This document shows positions 10,244 through 21,145 of a DNA stretch of 64,000 nt, piece after piece. The notes under the pieces were generated by a model that was not told the DNA's origin, made no database searches, and was given only the letters and a program-made list of their open reading frames with translations. Both the position numbers and the translations under genes were made by a program. Numbering within the stretch: position 1 is the first letter of the stretch; the number at the start of each line of letters is the position of its first letter. Origin of the DNA: Nitrospirota bacterium (lineage in GTDB: Bacteria > Nitrospirota > UBA9217); contig CAVTRN010000002.1 in the NCBI GenBank assembly GCA_963737155.1, forward strand, positions 576,001-640,000, in the 5' to 3' direction.

Positions 10244-10777
10244 TTACTTAAAGATCGCAGCGCCTGCCTTACAGGCCATTTCGTCCTCGGAGCCCGTGCC
10301 GCCGGAACATCCAATCGCGCCGACGATCTTGCCTCCCTCCACAAGTGGGATGCCGCCACGTGAAGCGATGACACCATCTAACGTTAATATATAGTTAAAA
10401 TTGTTGAGCTGAATGCCATTCTCGAATGCTTTTGTTTCGCGACGAAAGTTCACCGCGGTATGCGCCTTGTGCTGCGCGATTTGGATCGAGGCAAGTTGTG
10501 CCCCGTCCATACGCTGGAAAGCGACGAGATTGTCGCCTGAGTCCACCACGGCAATGTTCAACTTCCAATCATGTTTCTTCGCTTCGGCCACTGTCGCGCT
10601 GATAGCCGCCTCGGCGCGTTCGAGCAAAATTGGCGTTCCGTAAGGTATATCGTAAGGCATCTTTTCCGGTACGACATCAAGAGGGTTCGGCGACGCAGAC
10701 TGTTGCGCGCGAACAGGGTTGACTCCGAGCAACGCTGTGCAGAGAATGGCAATGGTCAAGATGGTTTTTGTGAACAT
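10244..10777 (-). CDS. GlcG/HbpS family heme-binding protein with a signal peptide
   Basis: IAVVDSGDNLVAFQRMDGA, KAHTA, GGIPL...GAIGCSGG. Confidence 0.9.
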   Translation of the reverse strand: MFTKTILTIAILCTALLGVNPVRAQQSASPNPLDVVPEKMPYDIPYGTPILLERAEAAISATVAEAKKHDWKLNIAVVDSGDNLVAFQRMDGAQLASIQIAQHKAHTAVNFRRETKAFENGIQLNNFNYILTLDGVIASRGGIPLVEGGKIVGAIGCSGGTGSEDEMACKAGAAIFK

Positions 10778-11685
10778 TTTTGAGTTCCTCCTTGAAAAAA
10801 TTTACTATGGGCTTTGTTTTATAAAAACATTTAAAAGCGCAGAAGCCGATCCGGATAATAGATCATTTCTATAAGCATGATTATTTATGAAGAGGAAGTC
10901 AAGCAGAGGAATGGGTATTATTATATCAACCTTAAGTATTATAAAGGTGGGATGGGATCGGATTGCGCTCATACGCAGTTCCTAAGACCCTGGGAATTCC
11001 GCAGGGATGGCCTTATGTATTCAGGCAAAAGAAGATATTTGGTAATTACCGCTTGATTCAGCGGTACAAAATTATGTCTTTTATAAACCTTCTATAATAT
11101 TATTTTTCGATTACAAGACTTTTTAGAAATTTGCAACTTTTCCAAATATTTTGTCATTTTATATAAGCGCTCTTCATGCCGAAAGGAAGAAAAACTGGGA
11201 CAAACCAGCCACCATGAGGGATTTACTCGCCCTAATCCGCTAGACACCATTAGCACATTCAATAGTTGTCACCACCTGCTCATTACACGCTCCATTCGAT
11301 ATCGTTGAAACGTCGAATCGACATTTTACAGTTTACGACAAACATATTCTATGTTAACATAGTCATCTTGCATGTCACTCAACCCATTTATGCATGGTGA
11401 CTTATAATAAGACCAACCCCCGATGATCCATGATCAAAAATTCGGCAGTTGAAAATCGAACTAATCTTTTAAAAGAAATGTATCATCGCAAGTTATGGCA
11501 ACAGCATGGCAGCTTAAATTCTTGCCCAATAGGTTAATGAAAAATTGAAGCATCTAATTGATTTGCTGAATCCATCATGTCAGCTGCCGTTTTTAGGATG
11601 ATACGACACGTCAGAACCCCTTTTGAAGCAGGACCCAGTTTCGATCATGTCAGGTTGAAGAATAAAACTTCAACTGACGCGGAGC

Positions 11686-12729
11686 ATGAAAATGACATAC
11701 AGAAATAAAAAAAATTCTCGAAATCATCAACATGCTCTACAGGCGGCGATTCTTATCGCCGTTCTTTCAATTCTCGGTTCTTTTGCCGCTTGTACTCATA
11801 CAGACAAAAAATCCGCTACTCTCCCTGGAAAAATCACTTTTGCCTATACTGTCCTGCCCGATGCTGCTCTCGTTCAAGTTGCCCAACAGGAGGGTTATTT
11901 CCAGCAGGAAGGATTGGATGTGACTCCGCAAGTGCATCAAATAGGGAAAGCAGCTCTCGAAGCTTTGATGGAGGGAAAGGCAGATTTTGCAACTGTCGCA
12001 GAAACACCTGTCGTGTTCACAATCCTGAAAGGAGAGAAGATCTCCATAATCGCGACCATCAATACGTCCAATAAAAATATGGCCATTGTTGCGAGAAAGG
12101 ACAAGGGTATTCATTCACCGCGCGACCTGAAGGGCAAGAAGATTGCGACAACCTTCGGTACTATTGGCGATTTTTTTATGGACACTATGCTGATGACGAA
12201 CGGCATATCAAGGAAAGATATGAAAGCGGTCAACCTGGCCCCCGAAATAATGCAGGATGCCTTGGTCAAGGGTGATGTTGACGCCATCTCAACATGGAAC
12301 CCCATCTTGATCCGTACACAAAAAGAACTGGGTGATAAAGGCATCACGTTTTACGGAGAAGATATTTATACGCAGACCTACAATGTGGTTGCAACGCAGG
12401 CATACATCGACAGGAACCCTGGTACGGTCAACAAAATACTCCTCGCGCTTATCAAAGCTGAGGAATTCGTAAGACAAAAACCGTTAGAAGCACAAAAGAT
12501 CGTTGCTGATGTCAGCCGGACGGACAGAGCCTTAATCGGTGATACATGGGACGTCAATCACCTCAGTGTGGCGCTGGACCAGTCATTGTTGCTTGCAATG
12601 GAAGACGAATCACGATGGGCGATAAAGAGCGGTTTAGTCACCAGGACAAGGATCCCAAATTACCTTGATTATATTTACTTCGACGGGCTTGACTCTGTCA
12701 AACCAAAAGCAGTAAGAATACTGCGGTAA
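11686..12729 (+). CDS. NrtA/SsuA/CpmA (NMT1-like) substrate-binding lipoprotein
   Basis: Lipobox-like FAAC, GYFQQEGLDV, DLKGKKIA, GDVDAISTWNP. Confidence 0.88.
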   Translation: MKMTYRNKKNSRNHQHALQAAILIAVLSILGSFAACTHTDKKSATLPGKITFAYTVLPDAALVQVAQQEGYFQQEGLDVTPQVHQIGKAALEALMEGKADFATVAETPVVFTILKGEKISIIATINTSNKNMAIVARKDKGIHSPRDLKGKKIATTFGTIGDFFMDTMLMTNGISRKDMKAVNLAPEIMQDALVKGDVDAISTWNPILIRTQKELGDKGITFYGEDIYTQTYNVVATQAYIDRNPGTVNKILLALIKAEEFVRQKPLEAQKIVADVSRTDRALIGDTWDVNHLSVALDQSLLLAMEDESRWAIKSGLVTRTRIPNYLDYIYFDGLDSVKPKAVRILR

Positions 12730-12744
12730 GGCGGACGAGGACTT

Positions 12745-14982
12745 ATGCAGGTTAAGAAAAGACTGCAAATAAACGTTGCGGTTTCAGTTATAGCGGCTGG
12801 CGTCATTATTGCCATGCTGGCGACAGCGGCGCATCACGTCCTTTACGCGGTCGAAACATCAAATATTGCCGACGAAATTGTCAGCAGCGTATATCAGCGG
12901 AGTGAGTTTAGAAACGAATATATGCGGTCTACGAACGAAAGGGCGCGCGTGCAATGGTTTGCCAAGCATGAGCAGATTGATTTGCTGCTCAAATCCGCTT
13001 CGGAAAAATTCAGTGATGCGGAAGACAAATCAATTCTGGAGCGAATGACCAAAGACCAGGAGCCCAGTGGGAAGCTCTTCTCGAGAATCATAGAAAACAG
13101 AGAAAAGCCCCAATTGAACCCCGTCCTTTCCCGGGAGATTGAAGACACACTGTCCAGCCAGCTGACCATGAAAAGAGATAATGCGATATTGAATGCGCGC
13201 AAATTGCAGGAATCAGCGAGCAGGCAATTATTGTTATCCCTCCAGACGTCCGGCTGGGGAATTCTCTGCGTGATTATTGCCCTGACCGCGGTAGCCATAG
13301 TCAATTCCTGGTCCATGGGCCGGGTTATATCCAAACGCATCACCGCGCTGCGCAACGGTACCGCAATCATTGGCGAAGGGAACCTCGACCAGCGAATCGA
13401 TGTCACGGGCGATGATGAGTTTGCCGAGCTGTCGGAAGCGTTCAATGCGATGACCGCCAAATTGAGCGGGTCTTACCTCGAGCTTGAAAAAGAGATCGAC
13501 GAGCGCGTAAAAGTTGGTCAGGAACTGCAGCGAATGGCCACACTTCTGGAAGAGACCCAATCCATAGCTCAAGTAGGCGGATGGGAAGTGGATCTGGAAA
13601 GGAATACGCTCTACTGGACGAGTGAAACCTACCGGATCCATGAAACGTCGCCCTCGGAGTACACACCCACTGTCGAAACGGCCATAGCTTTCTACGCTCC
13701 GGAGAGCGTTCCGACCATCAGCTCCGCAGTCAGTGAGGCGATCGAACAAGGCAAGGAATTCCATTTAGAGCTACAGCTGATTACTGCAAAGGGCCGGTTG
13801 ATCTGGGTAGAAACCGTGGGTAAGGTAATCCGCAGGGATGGGCGTGTCGTCAAAGTCCTTGGGGTCTTTCAGGACATCACCGACCGCAAAGGGGCAGAGG
13901 CACTCCGTCAATCAAGCGCCTATCATCGGAGCCTGCTCGAGGCGAGCCTTGACCCACTGGTAACTATCGACGCGAACGGAAAGATCACCGACGTAAACGC
14001 CGCAACCGAGAAAGTGACGGGCCGCTCCCGCGAAGCGCTTGTTGGTACCGATTTTTCCCATTACTTCTCGGAACCGGAAAAGGCTCAGGCCGGGTACCGG
14101 CGGGTTTTCCAGGAAGGCCAGGTCACAGACTACGCGCTCGATATCAGGCAAAAGGACGGCCATCTGACGCCAGTCCTGTACAATGCCTCGTTATATCGTG
14201 ATGGAACCGGGAAAGTCGTCGGTGTATTTGCCGCGGCGCGAGACATTACGGAACGTAAGAAAGCCGAGGATGAAATCAGGAAACTGAACATGGAGCTTGA
14301 AACCCGTGTTATCGAGCGCACAGCCGAGCTCGAAGCCTTCGCCTACTCCGTATCTCACGATCTGAGATCGCCGCTCCGGAGCATCGAAGGGTTCAGCCTT
14401 GCGCTTCTTGAGGATTATGGCGGCAAGTTGGATGACATGGGCAAGGACTACCTGAACCGCGTTCGGAACGCAACCATGCGCATGGGGCATCTCATCGACG
14501 ACTTGCTGAAGCTGTCGCGCGTTACTCGCATCGAAATGAACCGTGAACAGGTGGACCTGAGCATGGTCGCCCGAAGGATCGCGGATGATCTGAAGAATCG
14601 CCATCCTGAAAGGCCGGCACAATTCAATATCGCAGAAGGTTTGACCGCATACTGCGATGCGGGGCTCCTGACCATAGCAATGGAAAACATGCTTTCGAAC
14701 TCATGGAAATTCAGCAAGAGAGCCGCTTGTACGGTGATAGAATTCGGGGCCATGGAAAAAAACGGATCACGCGCCTTTTTTATACAGGACAACGGCATTG
14801 GGTTCGACATGACCTACGCGAACAAGTTGTTCAATCCCTTCCAGCGGCTGCATAAGACGGAGGAATTCCCCGGCACCGGCATCGGCCTGGCCACGGTCAA
14901 GCGCATCATAAACCGCCACGGCGGACAGGTGTGGATAGAAGCCAAGGAAGACAAGGGCACAACGGTGTATTTTACGCTATAA
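12745..14982 (+). CDS. Sensor histidine kinase (periplasmic domain-HAMP-PAS-PAS-HisKA-HATPase)
   Basis: Two TM segments, HAMP (DDEFAELSEAFNAM), H-box SVSHDLRSPL, DNGIGF, GTGIGLA. Confidence 0.95.
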   Translation: MQVKKRLQINVAVSVIAAGVIIAMLATAAHHVLYAVETSNIADEIVSSVYQRSEFRNEYMRSTNERARVQWFAKHEQIDLLLKSASEKFSDAEDKSILERMTKDQEPSGKLFSRIIENREKPQLNPVLSREIEDTLSSQLTMKRDNAILNARKLQESASRQLLLSLQTSGWGILCVIIALTAVAIVNSWSMGRVISKRITALRNGTAIIGEGNLDQRIDVTGDDEFAELSEAFNAMTAKLSGSYLELEKEIDERVKVGQELQRMATLLEETQSIAQVGGWEVDLERNTLYWTSETYRIHETSPSEYTPTVETAIAFYAPESVPTISSAVSEAIEQGKEFHLELQLITAKGRLIWVETVGKVIRRDGRVVKVLGVFQDITDRKGAEALRQSSAYHRSLLEASLDPLVTIDANGKITDVNAATEKVTGRSREALVGTDFSHYFSEPEKAQAGYRRVFQEGQVTDYALDIRQKDGHLTPVLYNASLYRDGTGKVVGVFAAARDITERKKAEDEIRKLNMELETRVIERTAELEAFAYSVSHDLRSPLRSIEGFSLALLEDYGGKLDDMGKDYLNRVRNATMRMGHLIDDLLKLSRVTRIEMNREQVDLSMVARRIADDLKNRHPERPAQFNIAEGLTAYCDAGLLTIAMENMLSNSWKFSKRAACTVIEFGAMEKNGSRAFFIQDNGIGFDMTYANKLFNPFQRLHKTEEFPGTGIGLATVKRIINRHGGQVWIEAKEDKGTTVYFTL

Positions 14983-15060
14983 ACCAGTCCCGGGTATAGC
15001 GTTTGAAATTGACTCGAAAATTTAAACTTTGAACGAGAAATTAGTATTTAAGGAGGCTTC

Positions 15061-15492
15061 ATGAAAACGAAAATTATTCTGCTGGTCGACGACAATCCTG
15101 ATGATGTGCAACTTACGCTCAGGGCGCTCAAAAAGAGTAATATCCTGAACGAGGTCGTTGTGGCACAGGATGGAGTGGAGGCCCTGGAGTTCCTCTTCGG
15201 GACCGGAAAATACGCGGGCCGTGACACGAAAATAATGCCCCAAGTAGTGCTGCTGGACCTCAAGATGCCCCGCATGGACGGCCTCGAAGTCTTGCAGCGT
15301 ATTCGCGAAGACGAGCGAACGAAGTTCCAGCCGGTCGTTATCATGACGACATCGAGTGAGGATCGAGACCGGGTAGAGAGCTATCATCTCGGCGCGAACA
15401 GTTATGTTAGAAAACCCCTGGATTTCCACCAATTTGCGGAAGGAGTGCGCCAGCTCGGCATTTACTGGTTGGTATTGAATGAAGCGCCATAA
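15061..15492 (+). CDS. Single-domain response regulator (Rcp1-like)
   Basis: LLVDDNPDD, LLDLKMP, GANSYVRKP; AAGGAGG RBS. Confidence 0.95.
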   Translation: MKTKIILLVDDNPDDVQLTLRALKKSNILNEVVVAQDGVEALEFLFGTGKYAGRDTKIMPQVVLLDLKMPRMDGLEVLQRIREDERTKFQPVVIMTTSSEDRDRVESYHLGANSYVRKPLDFHQFAEGVRQLGIYWLVLNEAP

Positions 15493-15824
15493 TTTAAAAA
15501 TACTTAAGAGCTCTTGGTTTAGAGAGTGAAGACGAACATTGTTAAACAGGCGGGGGCGGCGTGCTGCGTCATGCGGGACGATGTGGTCTTTCAGCCGGAG
15601 ACAATATTCGAATAAGAAATATTATTGATCATAACATGGCTGGAGGCGCATGGCGCCGACGAGATCGGGGTCTTATTATTTCAATGAGCTTTCCGCAGAG
15701 AATCGTCACACCCGCGACCTCCCCTCAGGGCAGAGGATAAAGATCCTGCATGCGCACGATTAATCAGGTGGTGAATCTGCGTTGACTGGAAGGAACTGAA
15801 TAGGACGGATGCAGCGTAGAGCGG

Positions 15825-16958
15825 CTATAGCGTAAAAAAGAAGGTGGCCCCTATATCCAGCACCCCCTCGGCCCAGATGCGGCCCCCGTGCCGGTGAATG
15901 ATGCGCCGCACTGTGGCCAGACCGATGCCGTGTCCGGGAAACCGGGACTCTTCGTGGAGTCGCTGAAAGGGTTTGAAAAGCTTGCTCACATAGGCCATGT
16001 CAAATCCGGCTCCGTTGTCACGGACGAAATAGACAGGGTTGCCCGTCGGTCTCTGCACCCCAAAATCGATCCTCGCCTTACTGCGGGCAGCGGTGAATTT
16101 TACCGAGTTCCCCATGAGGTTCTCCAAAACGATCTGGAGCAACCTGCTGTCTCCTACGACGCGGATATCGGGCATAATGACGAACTCAATGTCGCGGTCC
16201 GGAAAGGACTTCACGAACTCATCGGCAAGAGCGTCTGCCAGCGCGCTGAGATCAACAGCTTCGCGTTTCATCTCGGTCTTCGCCACCTTCGATAGGGCCA
16301 GCAGATCGTCGATGAGCTGGGTCATCCGGATGCCCGCAGAATGGATGCGTTCGAGGTAGTTCCTGCTCTCCTCGTCGAGGTGCGCAGCATGGTCGCTCAT
16401 AAGGGCCTCACTGAAGCCGCACATGCTCCTGAGCGGAGCCTTCAGATCGTGCGAAACCGAGTAACTAAAAGACTCCAGTTCCTGGTTCGCAACTTCCAGT
16501 TGGGCCGCGCGGCGCTGGAGCGCCTCTTCGGCGTTCTTGAGCTTGGTTATGTCTTCCAGGATGAGCAGGCTGAATTCCTGGTCCCCGTGTCGGAGGGGGC
16601 TCGCGGTCACCATCATATGGACCTCGCCTGTCCCGCCATCGTGAATCAGCACCAGCTTCGCGGTCTCCCGTTGCACTGAGCCTCCCTGAAAACACCTGTT
16701 GACAGAGTTCCTGATCACACAATGCTTGCATGCAGGGGCTCCTCCACACCCTTCGGGCGTTTCAGTCGAATGAAGGCAATGCAGCGTATCACCGCCCCGC
16801 TTCAAAATGACCATATCCTTGTTGGCGCCCAAGAGTTTTAACGCGGCGGCGTTCAGGTGATGGATCCGCATATCGTGATCCACAATGAAGATGAATGAGG
16901 GAATCGTGTCTAGGAGGTTGTGGAAAAAATCTTCTTTATGTAACAGTTCCTTGGTCAT
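15825..16958 (-). CDS. PAS-domain histidine kinase with a four-Cys motif in the PAS domain
   Basis: HCLHSTETPEGCGGAPACKHC, H-box SVSHDLKAPL, DNGAGF, GHGIGLA; start could be as far upstream as 17030. Confidence 0.9.
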   Translation of the reverse strand: MTKELLHKEDFFHNLLDTIPSFIFIVDHDMRIHHLNAAALKLLGANKDMVILKRGGDTLHCLHSTETPEGCGGAPACKHCVIRNSVNRCFQGGSVQRETAKLVLIHDGGTGEVHMMVTASPLRHGDQEFSLLILEDITKLKNAEEALQRRAAQLEVANQELESFSYSVSHDLKAPLRSMCGFSEALMSDHAAHLDEESRNYLERIHSAGIRMTQLIDDLLALSKVAKTEMKREAVDLSALADALADEFVKSFPDRDIEFVIMPDIRVVGDSRLLQIVLENLMGNSVKFTAARSKARIDFGVQRPTGNPVYFVRDNGAGFDMAYVSKLFKPFQRLHEESRFPGHGIGLATVRRIIHRHGGRIWAEGVLDIGATFFFTL

Positions 16959-17401
16959 GATATTGGCGTACTGGTAAGATAGGCCATGGTTCAACGGTTT
17001 AAAAATACAACATTCGGCAATTCTTTGCAAGAGGTATGTCGGCCCTTGAAATTACGGTTGTTGAATTCACTATAGGATAAAAGAGGACAGACGATATAAC
17101 GCTGATAAGTTACATGATTGTTAAATTTGGCCATCTCAGCTGGAAGGCTTCGGGAGTATTCTTGAAATAATAATAAACTGCATTTTTCAAGAAGCGACCC
17201 CAAATAGTTTCTTGAACAAACTGAATGTGCTATTCGCTGATGTTAACAGTTGCGGAAATTCCACTTGATGTGATTCAAAGAATAGCATCTTCACCAGCCA
17301 CAGTAGCGCCCGACACATGTTAAAACAACGACATTAAGCGTTTATTTAAAATAAGTCAGGTGTTACTCGTATTTGGCTGGAGGGGTCTGGCTAGAAAGTT
17401 T

Positions 17402-17992
17402 TTACCTTTTCCTGCAAACCAAATCGCCTTTGCCAATCGGAACGATTAAAGCGTCAACTCGTTCGTCTTGCAATGCACGATCGAGCATGGGCCTCAATAT
17501 TGCACGATGACTGTTCGCATTATCAGCAATAAGAATGCCACCTTGCACCATACTCGGTATCAAGGTATCGTAGCAACGGTCATAGATTTCTTTCTCGGCG
17601 TCCAGAAAGCAGAAAGCGACGTTTTTACAGCTCGGCAGATGATCCAGAGCATCACCGTGAACAAACTCGACAACATCATTAACGCCGGCCGCGTCGAAGG
17701 TTTGCCGCGCAATCTCGGCCTTTTCCGCCAATATCTCGTAAGTCGTAATTTTCCTGTAGACAGCCCGGCAAGCCAGAGCAAGCCAAAGCGTGGAGTATCC
17801 CGCACTTGTTCCAATTTCGATGTAACGGCCAACAGGTGCCGATGCCGCCATGATAGCAATGAATTTCCCTACCTCGGGTGGAATCTGGCGAAGTCGCTGC
17901 ATTTGAGGTGTTCCGTCAGCACGGTCGCTGGCGTCGATCTGCTCTAATTCGCGCATCCGTGAAGACATTGCCTGTGGCATATTGTGGAACAT
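17402..17992 (-). CDS. O-methyltransferase (Methyltransf_3-like)
   Basis: [20 protein letters not shown] motifs. Confidence 0.9.
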   Translation of the reverse strand: MFHNMPQAMSSRMRELEQIDASDRADGTPQMQRLRQIPPEVGKFIAIMAASAPVGRYIEIGTSAGYSTLWLALACRAVYRKITTYEILAEKAEIARQTFDAAGVNDVVEFVHGDALDHLPSCKNVAFCFLDAEKEIYDRCYDTLIPSMVQGGILIADNANSHRAILRPMLDRALQDERVDALIVPIGKGDLVCRKR

Positions 17993-18238
17993 GACACTCC
18001 GTCCTTTCTGTAGTGCTTATATGGATCCGGTTTTCCTGGCGAATCCGATCAACAGATTGTTTAAAAATCGAAGTGAAACATTGTATGTTATTAATAGTTG
18101 CAACTATAACACAATTAGGGAAGAACAAGAATGAACGATACAGCCAGAAATGTTCGGTCTTCCCTTCTTGGGCTTCTATCGATGCTACTACAGAATGGCA
18201 GACGAATTATCGAAGATGCAGATTACTTGAAATACCAT

Positions 18239-18299
18239 GCACAGATCAGTAGTTCACACGCGAGGGGAAGCGGCGCCTGCGTTGAACCGCTAGTTAGGA
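18239..18299 (+). other. Degenerate attC-like imperfect hairpin
   Basis: Arms GTTCA(C)ACGC(G)AGG (18252-18265) and CCTGCGTTGAAC (18276-18287) pair with two bulged bases, followed by GTTAGGA; the left R box is not canonical. Confidence 0.4.
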
Positions 18300-18489
18300 T
18301 ACTTGAAAACTTGATCGCTTTAGGGCTAAGTGTGGGAACTCCCCGATAGGTTGATATTTGCTTTTTTCGCATTAAACGGGATAATTCCAGATTATCCAAG
18401 GCTTTTGGCCTTAACTATTGGAGTTTATTCTTTTCCTTCTATGCTATATTTTGATGCTTACCACAGACGTTCCGGAAGGACCTAAAAAT

Positions 18490-18768
18490 TTACTTATGGC
18501 TATTGGCGATACATTCATTGTATTGGGTCGACTGACGATAATATTCTGAACAGCCTTCGTTGAATGACGGATAACGGTTTTCGCATTTTCCACCATTTAA
18601 TCGTGCCCAATCGAACCCCACATCACGACCGCTGCCATCATTATATGGGTTGTGGGGAATGATGCAGTCTTCTATGCTCTGTTTTTTTGTAGTTATTTTT
18701 GATGTTCCTGTATAACAACCAGATAACAGTATAGATATGATCGAAATTAAAAGTATCTTGCATTTCAT
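18490..18768 (-). CDS. Small hypothetical lipoprotein
   Basis: Lipobox LSGC, several Cys, GGAGG RBS. Confidence 0.7.
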   Translation of the reverse strand: MKCKILLISIISILLSGCYTGTSKITTKKQSIEDCIIPHNPYNDGSGRDVGFDWARLNGGKCENRYPSFNEGCSEYYRQSTQYNECIANSHK

Positions 18769-19448
18769 AATGATTTTCCCCTCCCAGGTATTTGGATCTT
18801 AACCTAACATTACGTGGAAAATAATGAATCCCATCTTGCCCCGCGCCATGACTCACTCCACCAGAATACTACAGCAAGATTGTCAAACCGATTGTTTAAA
18901 AGCGGCTGCTTGAGGGGTATGTGCGGGAACCTCTAATATGTCGATATCTCCAATGAAGCGAGCGTACAACAACTATTCGTAAAATGCAAGGGATAATGAA
19001 CGTCAGTGTTCTGGTGGCAGAGGACAGGATGTCAGCTTGAATTATTATTTAAACCGTTGATCTTTAAGCAATGAGGTAAAAGGCGATCTCGGCAGGATTT
19101 AGTACAGTTCAACAGTGATAGGGACACAATGGGCACAATTAGGGCCCTAGGCAACCTAGGGTCTTGGTGTGTTCCGGAGAAGTCTGCCAGGGATGTTATC
19201 CTCCGTCTCTTTTGGCGTCTATCATCCTGCTTGTTATAATCAATATTAAACACGGCAATTTCTCCTTTCAGTTAAAAGATTTTATCAGCCGCGGCTACTC
19301 ATTCGACGTACTGAGGAACAAAATGCTATTTCGCGGCATTGTTGCGGGCAAGGATAATCATAGGTGGAGTGCTTGCTTTTCTCTTTTTATCTTCAGCAGG
19401 CTATCATTTGTGGTTGCAGAGCATTGCAGGTTATGACTTGCAGAATGC

Positions 19449-19473
19449 TTGACATATATGTCATAATTGTCAT
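19449..19473 (+). promoter_or_regulatory. -35 hexamer overlapping a palindromic operator-like site
   Basis: TTGACA at 19449; perfect palindrome TGACATATATGTCA at 19450-19463 plus a further TGTCAT; upstream of the DUF3047 gene. Confidence 0.4.
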
Positions 19474-19518
19474 GTATCCTTTTGTGGTAACCATTTTATC
19501 GACTAAGTATTCTGCGAG

Positions 19519-20175
19519 GTGTCTATGTCATTACCAATAGCATTTAGTAGTATGTTAGCGTTAATTTTGTTTTTTACCGCACCTGTGCGGGCTGCAGACA
19601 GAATGGTAATTACGGAATTTTCTTCCATTGGCGTTGGAGTCCCAGTAGGGTGGGAACTCAAAGAGAAATCGGGCAAGGCAGACTTTGCCGTGGTGAAGGA
19701 CGGTGATATTATGGCAGCCCGTTTCCGGAGTGCGAACTCATCCTTTTCGCTTCAGAAAGAAGTGAAGATAGATCTGAAGCAGTTCCCGATTTTCACATGG
19801 AAATGGAAGGTAACAAAACTGCCCGCTCATGGAGACTTAAGGAATTCCAAAACAGATGACCAGGCAGCGCAGCTTTTTCTCGCATTCTCAAAAAACAAAG
19901 CGATTGCATACATCTGGGACACCACAGCCCCCCAGGGACTCATAGAGAATACCTCTCCGGTACCGTTAATGACGGTCAAGGTGGTCGTGCTACGATCAGG
20001 TCCCGCGGACGAGAGAAAATGGATTACTGAGAGCCGTAACGTGTACGAGGATTATAAGAAACTTTACGGTTCCGAACCACCGATGGTGAGCGGTATCAGG
20101 CTCCAGATAAACTCCCAGCACACGAAGACATCGGCCGAGAGTTATTTTGCCGATGTCGTGATTAAGAAACAATGA
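19519..20175 (+). CDS. DUF3047 domain protein, secreted
   Basis: Signal peptide, FTWKWKV, DDQAAQ, AYIWD, WITESRNVYEDYKKLYG. Confidence 0.85.
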   Translation: MSMSLPIAFSSMLALILFFTAPVRAADRMVITEFSSIGVGVPVGWELKEKSGKADFAVVKDGDIMAARFRSANSSFSLQKEVKIDLKQFPIFTWKWKVTKLPAHGDLRNSKTDDQAAQLFLAFSKNKAIAYIWDTTAPQGLIENTSPVPLMTVKVVVLRSGPADERKWITESRNVYEDYKKLYGSEPPMVSGIRLQINSQHTKTSAESYFADVVIKKQ

Positions 20176-20452
20176 CAAAGTCGAGATCCGCCGCAGAAAT
20201 GCTGAAGCAGAGAGTCAGGATTCAAAAATAAAAATATTTTCAGGGTGTCGTGTGTGACATTGCAGTGAAACTTATGTGATTACCAGTTATCAGAATGAGT
20301 ATTCTGATAACCGTCCAAACCATTACACCATTTCATGGACAAGGATACCGATGAGGTTGCTCGCGTCGGGGAAGGTTCTCATGCATCAAGCCCATATTTG
20401 GTCCCTACTATCATTCCTCATTCCGCAGTCATCATTCTGGACGAACACTGTT

Positions 20453-21145
20453 TCAGAGCCCCATGCCGGCCAGTTCCTCGCGGGTGATCAAACCTTTTTC
20501 AATAAGGAGAGCGATGAGTGCGTCAAGTTGCACCTTGTTATCTTTTATCTCCAGGTCCAATGTATTTTCATTGGATAGCGAGGGAGAGGCCACATCACTT
20601 GGTTCAATTTTCGGCGTATTCAGATCGTTTCCATGGAGAATTTCCATGTTCACGCCAGAGCCAGGATTTTGTAGATGATATGGCGAGCCCGTTGATAGTT
20701 TGCGGGCAAAGTCCTCGTGATCATAATATTTCCTGATGGCGTCACTGATCTCGGACTCCAGGGCAAGGGCAGGTTTTATATTCAGACCCGTAATGAATCG
20801 GATCCCATCTATGGACTCGATGTCGAGGGGGTCTGACATAACAAGCACGAGTGTGCCCTTATCCTTTCGTGCGGGCAACACCCGGTATTTCTTCGCAACT
20901 TCAGGCTTAATGAGTTTAATGACGCTCTCGGGGATCTCGGGATCGAAAGGATTGACGTACGGAACCCTCAGTATTTCGGAAAGAACCCGTGCAAGGTCTT
21001 CCTCCTTGATAAATTCCATCTCAATCAGGATGGAGCCTAGTTTCCCTCCCCAATTTCGCTGGCGTGAAAGTGCCGACTGAAGCTGAAGGTCATCGATGAG
21101 TCCTGCTTCCTTCAGGATGACCCCGAGTTTCCTGATCTCGACCAT
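20453..21145 (-). CDS. Stand-alone MshEN (GspE/PilB N-terminal) domain protein
   Basis: RKLGVILKEAGLIDDLQLQSALSRQ and a second half KLGSILIEMEFI; VMSDPLD; no Walker A motif. Confidence 0.85.
   Translation of the reverse strand: MVEIRKLGVILKEAGLIDDLQLQSALSRQRNWGGKLGSILIEMEFIKEEDLARVLSEILRVPYVNPFDPEIPESVIKLIKPEVAKKYRVLPARKDKGTLVLVMSDPLDIESIDGIRFITGLNIKPALALESEISDAIRKYYDHEDFARKLSTGSPYHLQNPGSGVNMEILHGNDLNTPKIEPSDVASPSLSNENTLDLEIKDNKVQLDALIALLIEKGLITREELAGMGL

Noticed and set aside
19145-19161. Hairpin CCCTAGG-caa-CCTAGGG resembling group II intron domain VI
   Set aside because: No domain V upstream and no RT remnant
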